Positions 50,713 to 61,823 of a stretch of DNA of 64,000 nt are shown here, one piece after another. Location: contig MU004184.1 in NCBI GenBank assembly GCA_010093605.1, forward strand, positions 1,436,801 through 1,500,800, in the 5' to 3' direction. The DNA comes from Lophium mytilinum. Taxonomy: Eukaryota. Numbering within the stretch: the stretch's first letter is position 1; the number at the start of each line of letters is the position of its first letter. Both the position numbers and the translations under genes were made by a program. The notes beneath the pieces were generated by a model. That model did not search any database and was not told where the DNA came from. It saw only the letters and a program-made list of their open reading frames with translations.

Positions 50713-51757
50713 ATGTCTACAGAATCAACCCAATCCGCAGCTTGTCAGTACCCCGCGGGACGCCCTCATACGCGCTAGCACCTGGTATCACGATTTCAAA
50801 ACCCAATACTGATCAATCGAACCCCAGGCTGCTCTCTCCCGGCCATTGTATCTAAGGGCTACGAGCCGAAGGGCAAATACATCACCGTCGATGGCATGAA
50901 GACATGTACGTCCCTCTTCCTCCAATTCCCCCAACCCCAACCCCCCCTGAATGCCCGATCCTCCCTCAAAGCTCCAAACCCAGCCCCATATCCCTAATAA
51001 ATAGCCACCCGAACCTCCAATTGCATACTCCTTACTAAAGACCATCTTCCACAGACTCCACCGGCCCGCCCACGGCCACCCGCGCCATCCTGATCATCTA
51101 CGACATCTTCGGCTTCTTCCCGCAGACGCTGCAAGGCGCCGACATCCTCGCCCACAGCGACAGCGAGCACCCCTACCAAGTCTTCATCCCGGACTTCTTC
51201 GACGGCGAGCCCGCGGATATCAGTTGGTACCCGCCGGACAACGAAGAAAAAGGGAAGAAGCTGGGCGAGTTCTTCAACACCAAGGCCGCGCCGCCGAAGA
51301 CGCTGCCGCGCGTGGAGACTGTAGTGAAGGAGCTGAGCGGGAAGGGAATTAAGAGCTGGGGGATCTTGGGGTTTTGCTGGGGCGGGAAGGTGAGTTGGAG
51401 CGTGGATACGTGTGGCAGGGCGGAGAAGGCTAACGGGTGGGAATGCAGATTGCGAATCTCGCCTCGATGGAGGGCACGCTGTTCAAGGCGGCGGTGGCGG
51501 CGCATCCGGCGATGGTAGCGGCAGACGACGCGCCGGGGATTACGATTCCGTACGCGATGCTGCCGAGTCAGGATGAGAATAAGGAGGATGTTGAGAAGTG
51601 GGAGAAGGGGCTGAAGGTACCGCATCTGGTGGAGTGGTTCCCGGATCAGATTCATGGGTTTATGGCGGCCAGGTCTGACCTCGAGGATCCGAAGGTGAAG
51701 AAGGAGTATGAACGTGGGTACAAGACTACGTTGGATTTCTTCCATAAGTACTTGTGA
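50713..51757 (+). CDS. Dienelactone hydrolase family alpha/beta hydrolase; 4 exons
   Basis: S-x-ACCSLP, YEPKGKY, IIYDIFGF, PDFFDG, nucleophile GFCWGGK, AAHPAM, HGFMAAR. Confidence 0.92.
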
Positions 51758-52430
51758 TGGGCATACGGTTTGCCGTGTTGAAGATAGGAGTTAGGGGTAG
51801 TGTGCATTACAGCTTTATAGTACTATGACACAAGTCTGGGCACATAGGCTCATCACAACATGGCTCCAACTTGCTCACTCGACACCACTGTCGGGGGTAC
51901 CCTGGCTGTTGAGCTGCCAATTAGTCAAGAGGTAGTCCAATTTGCACTGCTTGAACCTCGACATCACCCTTGGATCTTCGAAATCTTGTGGGGGAACCCC
52001 ATGGGGTGTCGAGCTAGTGTGCCCAGACTTGTGGCCTGTCACTGTAGGGTCAAGGTAGTCTGATCAGATCAGAGTGATCGACAAATAGGTCTCATATTGA
52101 AAAGAAAACGATTCTATTATGTTTTCATCAGCTCCCCACAAACTTGGTGTAGTTTGATACGCCAAAAGCCAGAAAGTGTCAAGTACGCGAGTATGCGTCT
52201 ACGTACCCCCTCCACTCCGTGGCATGATCCACTACTCGCTGGTTGGCTCCTGCATCTCGCCCTCGTAGCGAAACGTTTATCTGAACAAGAGGAAGACACC
52301 TGAGACTTTCCTTCCTATACTGTTGCCGTTTGGTTAGTCTTCGCAAGGGTTTGTATGACTTCAGGAGCTTGATCCATTTCCAGAAAGTGGTTTGCGGAAA
52401 CTCGTTGACATTAAGAGACCTGCATTACTC

Positions 52431-53522
52431 CTAATTCCCGACGTCGGCTTCATACATTTCCCGTATGCTTCCGTGCTCATATTCAAACAAAGGGGTATGA
52501 AATTGCCAAGCAACCTGGTGAATCGCAAAATGACTAGACCAGAAAGGATCTCCGGGCGAAACACCAGTACCAAAATCCTGCCAAATGTTAAGCACGAACT
52601 CGGACCAGCTAAGAGCAGCGAAACTGAAATCAGTGGGGCAGAATGCACAGGAAAAGTAGCAAGCCGGGGACGGTACATCGCTAAGCAACGTCCTCTGCGT
52701 ATCTAGCTCAGCAATCCTGTCGCGTAGCCTGGTTTCCGCCCCCTCTGGCAGATACGGACATGGAGCGAGATATTTCTGTTGGAAGTACTGCAGTACCGTA
52801 GCCATGGAACAGGCATGGCGCAATGGTAGTTTCAACCTTACTCTTCGTCTTAGCAGATATCGCCCACGCACCACTGCAGGTTTGACTTCTAACTTGGGGG
52901 CCGAGTTGATACGGTGGAGCCACGGGTATACCTGGAGTAAGGGGGATAGCGATAGCTGCACTTGCTCCATACAGGTAACCATAAACGGCTTGAGCAGGTT
53001 CCGCACCTCCTTTTGATATCTGGGCAGGCCGTGTAGTTTTACGGCCATTTGTACATGTCGGTGCGCAATGCCGCGCATCCGTTCTTGCATTTTATCGCCG
53101 AGGACCACGCTTTTGTACAAGTAGTCGTCCTGTTCTGGGCAAGCTAAGCACCGACCCTCCCACACGTCTATGACGTCCGTGTTTGGAACGTCACTACGGT
53201 CCCAGGGCTGGAAGCTGTGGCAGAAGTTGCACAGACGGTGAAGGGGGAGTATTCGGTGCATGATCTGGAGGTATTGGGTGTGATCCTCCGAGAGCGGTAC
53301 GAGCGACTTGTTGGCAGCTCGTGCCCGAGATTGCAGAAGACCGCGGAAGGCAGAACAAGTTTGCGCGAGAAATATGGTACTTTGCGGGGAGAGAATGTCG
53401 AATATGCATTCCATTATATCGATTGGTAGTGCGAGAAAGGCTGAAGTGGGGGAGCAGAGGGAGCTCGAGGGTTGCTTCCTTGAAGTGTGCTTCCGCCATC
53501 TTTTGAAAATACTCAGAGACAT
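52431..53522 (-). CDS. Intronless F-box domain protein
   Basis: FLALPIDIMECIFDILSPQSTIFLAQTCSAFR F-box; CNFCHSFQ and C-terminal SCAFCPTDF...WQDFG...PGDPFW motifs typical of a fungal F-box family. Confidence 0.75.
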   Translation of the reverse strand: MSLSIFKRWRKHTSRKQPSSSLCSPTSAFLALPIDIMECIFDILSPQSTIFLAQTCSAFRGLLQSRARAANKSLVPLSEDHTQYLQIMHRILPLHRLCNFCHSFQPWDRSDVPNTDVIDVWEGRCLACPEQDDYLYKSVVLGDKMQERMRGIAHRHVQMAVKLHGLPRYQKEVRNLLKPFMVTCMEQVQLSLSPLLQVYPWLHRINSAPKLEVKPAVVRGRYLLRRRVRLKLPLRHACSMATVLQYFQQKYLAPCPYLPEGAETRLRDRIAELDTQRTLLSDVPSPACYFSCAFCPTDFSFAALSWSEFVLNIWQDFGTGVSPGDPFWSSHFAIHQVAWQFHTPLFEYEHGSIREMYEADVGN

Positions 53523-53822
53523 CGTCTTATACACTGCGTCGTGATGTTACACAATGAGGACGCTTGTGAGATCTTTGAAGTAGAGTGATGTTGAAGGTCA
53601 TGGTGTCTTCGCTGCCGCCTGACGTCGAGCTACCTGCAGGGCAGGTTAGTGCAGGTCTCGTATTGGAACGCACAACCACTGAATAGGAATCACGTGATAC
53701 CTCACTTCGTTCATTAGCAAACGAGGTGGAGCCGGGTTTAGGGCGTAAGACCATGACCCCATCAAAGATGTAGAACGTGAATAGATTTCATCATTCTCCT
53801 TGCCACTGTCTTGTGTGACGAT

Positions 53823-56606
53823 TTACACCACCTCCCATCTGGCTAACCGTCCAAACCCCTGACCAGCTTCACGCACTATGCACGTAAACCTCTCTTGAAC
53901 CTTGCTGTTGCTGCTCGTATCCCTAGCATTCGCCGTGAGTACTCTATCGGCAATCAGATTCGCCACTGCGGTCCCTCTACCCTCTCTAAGATTGAAATTC
54001 CCGGTAGTAACAAATCCGATGAGGTCGGACTCATCAGGCACAACTGGATAATCCTTGTCCTCTGGTTGCGGGGTCTCTTTGTTGATAATCACCGGCTCCA
54101 GAAGGCCCGCTGCAAGGGCTCGCCGGTGAAGATGAAGCGGTATGTCGTTGAGTAATGCCTGAGGCGGTCTATTCGCCTTGTTCTTAGATTTGGAGAGCAC
54201 GCTTGAAGTAGGGACCAGGGATAGCCACTTGGTACGAAGTTCAGCATTATTGGTAGGGAGGCGGTATATGCGTGCGCAAGGGACTGGGACGCCTCGAGTG
54301 AGAAGCTTGATCCCAGCTGTGAACAGCGCAGGAGACGTTGTAATATCCCTGAGACTGCAAGGCGGGCTACTTGAAAGTAACTCGGAAACTATAGGGGACG
54401 ATAGGTGTTGGAAGGAAGGGGAGACTGGCTTCGTGGGCTTTGACGCCTCCGATTCTGGGAGGCCTGCTAGATAGTCAGCATGTATAGTACCACAAGTGAC
54501 AGGTAATGAACAGTATTTTGAGGGATTCTCACCAGTTTCGTCCTTGTCATGCTCACTTGGCGGTCCCGCCAGAAGCCTCTCCCAATCGCAAGCCCAGCCT
54601 CTCCCTATCTCACCTTTTCTGTCATTACCTAGATCTACGCTTTCCCATGCAACCCTCTTCCCTTTTGGCCTCTTCGACCATTCCTTCTCCCTTACGGCCC
54701 TCTCTTGCAATTCCCAGTCCCAACCAGCCGCAGTACCTGGATAGTCACCTGGATACCACGGTCGCGAATTCTCAAAAGCGATTTGCCTAATCTGCTTCAG
54801 CCCTCCGAACCTCGGGGTACCACCCGTAGAGAGTGGGTGATACATTATCGCGGTCCAGACTGGCATGACACATTTCCAAGGCAAAAAAACTGTCCAAGAG
54901 CCACTGATTCGTGAAGGATAAAGCAACACCGGGATCTGAGGATCTGTAGATCGCGGTTCGGGGTATTGTCCGGGTTTTGCGGCGCCTTTGCGACGATTGA
55001 TAGACTGTTGTGAAGGTAAGCAGCGTTGTGCCGCTAGCCTTGCATTACGGTCAAATATAGCAGGCTGGGTCAGTGTTTTATCGACTGGCCACGCACTCAT
55101 CACCTGGGTCAAGAGTGCCAGTGGTGCAGCTGGCTCAGCAGCTTCGCGTGGTCGAGGAGGATGATGTAGACGGGGATCAGAAATGTTAAAGGCGAGAAGT
55201 ACATTCTTTGGCAGGCTTCCAGGATTGATGCAGGACACAAGGATTTTCCAGATAGCTTGAGGGCTATTCGGAGAGTGTTCGTCACCATCCGAGGCCGGGG
55301 TTGGCCATAATGCAGTGTGGAGCGTCTCCGTGGCCCCAGGACCAGATATCTCGATGCTTGCCATCTCAAAGCGCAGGTCTTCGACAGACAGGTAAGGCTT
55401 CTGAACCTTGGCAAGCCTAATAACCTCATGCCAAAGCTGAAGAAACCCAGCTGGATGTATTCGAATGAAGACCCTCCTCTTTAGTGGTGTTTTTGAGACC
55501 TTCGAAGCTGGATTTGTTGCCTCCAAATCGGACTTTCCGGCTGAGTCCCAAATGACCACCACAGGCGCAATCGGTTTCAAAGGCCAACCTTCTCTCTCGA
55601 AAACGAAGCCTTCCCAGCATCTTAGACCTGCACGCCAGCTTTCGCCGAAGCCTCTGTCCTTCCAAAGCTCCCCGTCGTGGTCAGCGCCAATTCCTATCGC
55701 CTTCAACAATCCCGAGATGCTCTTCTCCACCCCTTCGAGCCCGATTGTTGCGATATAGCTCATATCCCATGCTACAGCGCCCCTCAGCGTGGACGCGCGG
55801 TGCGTAGGCCGATAGCTCTTTTCTGTCGGTGTCAACGGAAGAGCAAACCGCCATAAGGGTTCCATAGGAGGCGTCATATGTGCACGTTTAGTGTGGAACA
55901 AGTGAGTCGGGAGCCAAGATTTATGTAATTGTCGTTTGCGAAACTGTGCCGGAGGTTTAGGGGGAGTAGCCAGGATCGTGGAGCGCTTGATTTTCGGTTT
56001 ACGAGTTTGTAGAGACTTGAGAAGTGCTTCTTTAGGTCCCAGATCCTTCTTTTCCTTCTCAATTTCCACGTCCACGTCCATTCCCTCAGTCTTTGCATCA
56101 ACTTTTGTGACCACAACCTCATCATCGTCCTTCTTTTTCTTCTTCTTAGCTTTCGCTTTCGCCTTGGCCTTCTTGATCCCTTCCTTCCTCAGCCAAGCTG
56201 TCGCTCCCTTCCCTACCCCACTCCCACTCTTCCCCCTCGTTATCGGTGTATTGTCATCCTTCAGTTCCTTCCCCATCCTACTCCTCAGCCGCTGCGGCAC
56301 CCTCCTCGGATTATGACTTGCCGTCCGACGTCGCATGTCCCTCGGTACATCCTGGAAGGCGCGGCGCATCTGACTCTTCTTCGCAGAGCGTATCCCCTCC
56401 TCCAGCGCTCGGATTTCGACTTCACGCGCCTTGACGAAGCGCGCGACATTGACCTCATCGTTGGGGAATGCTTTTGAGGTTGGAATTGAGACGATTGAGG
56501 GTGGAGCCCATGTCCGCGGGCGTTTGTTTTGGGTTGATGCCATTTCTGAGCTTTTACGCTTGTTCTTTTGGTCGGGCTTTGAGCCTTTGCCTGGTTCGTC
56601 TGGCAT
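53823..56606 (-). CDS. POP1: RNase P/MRP protein subunit Pop1
   Basis: FVKAREVEI, RRAFQDVPRDMRRRTASHN, WLPTHLFHTKRAHM, WDMSY, RFGGL, DYPGT, LIGFVTTGNFNL; probable in-frame intron at 54532-54467/54464. Confidence 0.96.
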   Translation of the reverse strand: MPDEPGKGSKPDQKNKRKSSEMASTQNKRPRTWAPPSIVSIPTSKAFPNDEVNVARFVKAREVEIRALEEGIRSAKKSQMRRAFQDVPRDMRRRTASHNPRRVPQRLRSRMGKELKDDNTPITRGKSGSGVGKGATAWLRKEGIKKAKAKAKAKKKKKKDDDEVVVTKVDAKTEGMDVDVEIEKEKKDLGPKEALLKSLQTRKPKIKRSTILATPPKPPAQFRKRQLHKSWLPTHLFHTKRAHMTPPMEPLWRFALPLTPTEKSYRPTHRASTLRGAVAWDMSYIATIGLEGVEKSISGLLKAIGIGADHDGELWKDRGFGESWRAGLRCWEGFVFEREGWPLKPIAPVVVIWDSAGKSDLEATNPASKVSKTPLKRRVFIRIHPAGFLQLWHEVIRLAKVQKPYLSVEDLRFEMASIEISGPGATETLHTALWPTPASDGDEHSPNSPQAIWKILVSCINPGSLPKNVLLAFNISDPRLHHPPRPREAAEPAAPLALLTQVMSAWPVDKTLTQPAIFDRNARLAAQRCLPSQQSINRRKGAAKPGQYPEPRSTDPQIPVLLYPSRISGSWTVFLPWKCVMPVWTAIMYHPLSTGGTPRFGGLKQIRQIAFENSRPWYPGDYPGTAAGWDWELQERAVREKEWSKRPKGKRVAWESVDLGNDRKGEIGRGWACDWERLLAGPPSEHDKDETGENPSKYCSLPVTCGTIHADYLAGLPESEASKPTKPVSPSFQHLSSPIVSELLSSSPPCSLRDITTSPALFTAGIKLLTRGVPVPCARIYRLPTNNAELRTKWLSLVPTSSVLSKSKNKANRPPQALLNDIPLHLHRRALAAGLLEPVIINKETPQPEDKDYPVVPDESDLIGFVTTGNFNLREGRGTAVANLIADRVLTANARDTSSNSKVQERFTCIVREAGQGFGRLARWEVV

Positions 56607-56999
56607 GGTGGGTAGTGATGGGATTGAGTGGTGAAGCTTTGACAATTTTGAAGAGGTACTTTAAGTTTCGCGCGAAATTCGCGCTAGTCATTAAGGTCAC
56701 GTGCTTTGCATTGATCGCATTCGATATTTCGCAGTAGTCTTCATACAGATGAGGTGAGATGAAGCGATTTATACTAAGTATGAGATCCAGCAGTCGGATT
56801 CATACTATCACAGATCATAAACATTTGCAAACCCGGAGAAAGCCGAAGCACCTCAGTCAGTGTCAATTCGGGTAAATCCAGTTCACTCTAGCAATGCAAT
56901 TGAGATCTTGTGAGCGAATGGTTTGCTATTTAATAATTATACAATCGCCCAAGATGTGATTCTTTCGTCAGCGTTCCAGGGTGAAAATGATATGGGGCT

Positions 57000-58475
57000 C
57001 TAGAGCTCCGGAGTCTCGTCCTTTACAAAGGGCTCCAGCCTGTCCTTGAGCTCCTCCACAGTCAGTTCCTCTCCGTTCCAGAAGCTGGGCGTAGCGGATC
57101 CGGACTCCTTCTTTGGGGGAATGAGAACGTTGCTGACGATATGAATAACACCATCCTTGGCGACTCCATTGGCAAGTGTCACCTTAGAGAAGCCGTTGAT
57201 CTTAATGGTAACGAACGGCCCGAAACGTGTGACATCTACCGCTAACGACTTCTCCTTCAAGGCGGTGGGGAAATCGTAGTGGGCATAGCGAGGCGTCTCT
57301 ACCTCAACGCTGTCGGCGGTCGCGTCGAAGTAAGCATCGGAGTAAAGTGTCTGGTTGGCTACTACATGATACTCGAGCAGGGCCTTCAGGTAAGGAGTGC
57401 CAAACTTGCTGAACAAGAAAGCATTGATCTTAGGACCGAGCTTCCTGAAAGCGAAGTTACCAGGGGCGAAGAAAATACCACCAGTGTGAGTGCTAGTATC
57501 GTTCAAAGCCGAAAGGAGGCCAGTCTTCGTTAGGCCAAGTGTAAGAGTGCTGAACTCGCCAGGGAACAAGCCGACAATATCAACGACCTTGGGAGGAGGG
57601 ATAATGAGGCTGTCGACGCCGTGGATGACTCCGTTGGTACCAAACTAGTCAAGTTAGCATGTAACACGGCATGAGCCAGTGTAGAGACTTACGATGTTGA
57701 CGGCCACAATTTTGCTGTAAAAGTTGATCTTGATACCTCCGAGGCCAGTGCTGACCACCAAGCGCTGAGGGTGTCCAAGTGTGGAGGGTTCATAGAGAGT
57801 GGGAATAGTGTACGAATGGAGGACTCGGCCGGCCGGGTAGAACTCAGGGGAGACATGGTATAGAAGAAGATCTTTGATGAACTCCTTTGAGGGCTTCTTT
57901 CCATGATCAGGAATCTTCTCGAAAGCTTTATCCGTCGGTGCGAAGATGGTGTAGTTCGCCTTTGTGCCATTGAGGACCTTGACCAGCTCTTCATCCTCAC
58001 TGATGATCTTAGCTAACTTGGTAGTGTACTTGCTCTTCGCAATGAGCTCGTATACAGTCAAGTTGGGCTTGTGGTGATGTGGAGGGTGGTGAGGCTTGCG
58101 ATGGTGCGGAGGGCCGTGATGAGGAGGTGGGTGGTGGGGATGGTCGCTCTCATCGTCGTCCGATTCCTGGGCGAAGGGCGAGCCTTCCAACCAAGCCTGG
58201 ACATCGTATCCTGTAGAGTAGATCTTGTCGTATGAGGTTTCAGAGACGTCGATCACTTTAGCCAAAGCTTCATCTAGGTAGTTCTTCGAAGTCTTGAAGA
58301 CGCTTTCAGCCTCGCTCTTCCACTCGAGGAGCTTGTCGTGGCATGGGCGTCCAAGTTTAGCAACAGGATCTTTGACCCGGTGAGATTCGACCTCGATCTC
58401 TTGGAAGACCTTCTCGTCGACAATGACGAGAGAGGCACCAAGAGTGGCGAAAGGGAGGAGGTTGGATAGCTTCAT
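57000..58475 (-). CDS. Secreted/vacuolar fasciclin (two FAS1 domains) protein; 2 exons
   Basis: Signal peptide; His/Pro-rich linker; YTIFAPTDKAF, LLYHV, NGVIHGVDSLIIPP, FFAPGNFAF, DGVIHIVSNVLIPP; one intron at about 57692-57645. Confidence 0.92.
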
Positions 58476-59763
58476 AGTGATGGACTGTTTGAAGTTCCAA
58501 AGACGTAACTAAAATGGCTTACGAGAAGCTGGAATAATATAATAGTGAAGAGGGGAGACTATAAGACGTAATATTTGTATCGATGACGATATGGATCGGT
58601 ACCCGCAGGTGATGCGGGAGCGGGAGTAGACGGAAAAGACAATTGTAAAGTTGCCAGAACTTGAGACAGTAGAGAACAGAAGTTATTCTACAGATACAGA
58701 GGACGACGCGAAGAAGGGCAAGCTGGTCTGCTGTTAAAGGTGGTTGTCAGGCTACCTGGAGCTGACGCGGTCCCTGTCTCGCTGTGAAGCCGTGCTATCC
58801 CGCCACCCGCTCGCCCCACAGTCGGCAGAGTGACATGGAGAATGATGCCATGCCACTGGACGCCCCCAACTTTCCATCGGCCTCGAGACGTACCGACTCC
58901 GACATTGTGGACAAAATAAGGACCAATACTTACGAGTCACGTGCTAGGAAAGAAATGCCCTACTTGTATCAGCACTCCCATTACAGCGTAGCCTTGACAC
59001 TGCCTGAAGCACTAGCACACATCCGGAAAGTGTACCTTGATTCGCAGGTCTATCAAAGGGCAGACGCTCTCAAGAATGATATATCAAGTACTCACGCAAT
59101 AGAAACGAGGTGCTTGATTAAACTGCCCGACCCGTGCACCTCCAGGAACGGGGCATTTAGTGGTCTGATCTCTGCCCCGCGGTTAGGCGGGAGCTGCCCA
59201 TTATTTCCCCACCATGATCTGAACGGTTTCGAGATGGCAATATTACGTAGTATTACAAACAGCATAAAAGCCCTATAGGGGCGCTTTCTCTTACGTATCC
59301 AGATTTTGCATCTCAAGGAAGTGCGATTGAGCTTTCCCTTTCATGATTCCTCATGGGTCAAGCCAGTAGTTCTAATGGAGGCAATAGCTCCTTGCATCAT
59401 GCTGCGGGGAAGCTCACGTTCTGTGCAATGTGTAAGATGCAGTTCGCGAAGCCCAATTGGACGGTCATAGAGGAATTCTACTCAAACCAAGCTTTACAAG
59501 CTTTTACTAACCACTGACGCATGCTGATCGTTGCGCGTGGTGTGATGTGATGTCAAGGTTCGTAATAAAAACATCAAACGCATTCTGCACCTGTTTTCTT
59601 GTTTACGTCAGACCTTTCGCTTTATATGAACAGCAGAAGAGCTGCCTTTCCTAGGTAACGAGTTCCCTTCGCCTACTCTTGTACCGCATTGTCAATTTGC
59701 TTCCTCGACACACCAAAGTAATATTTGTAGATTATTGAAGGACTGTATTCAAGTTCAACAGCA

Positions 59764-61823
59764 ATGGCAGGTCTAGCTCGACATGTACGTGTCCTTATTA
59801 CATTCCCCCGACACCATGCTCACGTCGTCACTAGGTTGACCCCGACGAACTCGTCAAGACGCTCCATGATCATCCTGCCCACCATGTCGGGCATCGCGCT
59901 GCACGTGCCGTCTCTCACACAACGCCTTACTCGACCCGATATGCGGCTAGTACAGAGCTCTCAAAGTTCCGTATACCACACGACGGCGCGCCGGCAGATG
60001 CAGTACATCAGTTGCTCAAAGACGAGCTGGATCTAGATGGAAGGCCGAATCTAAATCTGGCCAGCTTCGTTGGAACCTATATGGAGGGTGAGAGCTCCTA
60101 TTTAGTATTCTCTGCGGGCTGGGGCTGTAATGTGGAAATGCCTGCTAACAATCCTCTTAGAGCATGGGGAGAAACTCATGATCGAGAATCTTTCCAAAAA
60201 CCTGTCGGACGCTGATGAGTACCCGGCTATGATGAATATGCATGCAAGATGTGTATCCATTCTGGCAGATTTGTGGGGCGTGCAAAAAGGCGAGAAAGCT
60301 ATTGGATCTGCTACCACTGGCTCGAGTGAGGCGATTCATCTCGGAGGGCTCGCGATGAAGCGCCGTTGGCAAGAAAAGAGACAGAAAGAAGGAAAAGATA
60401 CCACCAAGCCGAACATCCTAATGGGGGCGAATGCTCAGGTCGCCCTCGAGAAGTTCGCGAGATACTTTGAAGTGGAAGCTCGCATACTTCCCGTGAGCGC
60501 AAAGAGCAGGTACCGCCTCGATCCCGATCTGGTGAAGAAGAACATCGATGAGAACACCATTGGCGTCTTCGTTATCCTGGGCAGCACCTACACCGGTCAT
60601 TACGAGCCTGTGGAAGAAATATCCAACATTCTTGATGATTACGAGAAGGAAACCGGTGTGGATATCCCTATCCACGTCGATGGTGCATCTGGAGCGTTCA
60701 TTGCACCATTCACCTATGCTCAAGCCGGTGGCCCGAAATGGTAAGCTTCCCTATCTCGTGTGAACCCCAAATATAGCAGAAGTTTGGTATGGCTGAAACG
60801 TGGTGTTGTACGACAGGAATTTCGAACTGCCACGCGTCAAATCGATCAACACATCTGGTCACAAGTTCGGCCTTGTCTATGCAGGCGTTGGGTGGATAAT
60901 TTGGGTGAGACTTCCTGCCGTGTCACGTCGGGCCATTTCTGATGCATGTGTGCCAGCGCGATGAGTCTTATCTTCCGAAGCATCTTGTTTTTGAGCTCCA
61001 CTACCTTGGTGGAACGGAAGAGTCGTACACGTTGAACTTCTCCCGGCCAGGAGGTCAGATCATTGCCCAGTATTACAATTTGATTCATCTTGGGTTCACC
61101 GGATACCGGCAGATCATGGTACTCTTTCTCACTCATGCCCATACGGGATTCAACTGACTGTCGCGCAGGAGAATGCTTTGGCCAACGCCAGACTTCTCAG
61201 TCGTGCTCTTGAAGCAACTGGCTGGTATCAATGTGTGAGTACGTCGGAACTGCGCCCATCCGGCTTGGCTCACCTCCTTTAGGTCAGTGATATCCATCGG
61301 AAGAAGGGAGACTACGTTTTTGAAAAAGGCAAAGAGGCCTTCAAAGAGGGTGGGACCAGTGCAGATTACAATTCGGGCATTCCTGTAGTAGCATTTCGCT
61401 TCTCCGAGGACTTCAATAAGGACTACCCCCACGTCAAGCAGGTGTCTGTCAGCAACTTGCTCAGAGCTAAACAGTACATTATACCCAGTAAGCTCAATCG
61501 TGCATGCCGGGAAGGCTCGGGCATGCAGGGCGTCCCACTGACTGACCACTCCAGATTACCCCTTGCCGCCGAACGAAGACAATACCGAGATCCTCCGAGT
61601 GGTGGTGCGGGAGTCTATGTCGATGGACCTGCTGGATAGGCTCATTTCAGACATCTGCGACGTGACGGAGACGCTGATGCATACAGACGTTGTGGACCTG
61701 GCGGCATGGCAGCCCGCCTCTGCCAGTTTCGAAAAGCAACACCTCAGTCGAGGGCTCGAGTCGCGTAACCGCCATGAAGCGAAGCAGCCAATGAGCGAGG
61801 GAGTCCATCGCTCAGTGTGCTGA
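59764..61823 (+). CDS. GAD1: Glutamate decarboxylase (PLP-dependent); 8 exons
   Basis: [43 protein letters not shown] lysine [26 protein letters not shown]; all introns GT-AG and frame-consistent on manual reading. Confidence 0.96.

Noticed and set aside
59764..61823. GAD1 as part of the amine/gamma-glutamylation cluster (GABA link)
   Set aside because: Separated by three unrelated genes (F-box, POP1, fasciclin); linkage is likely coincidental without synteny data.
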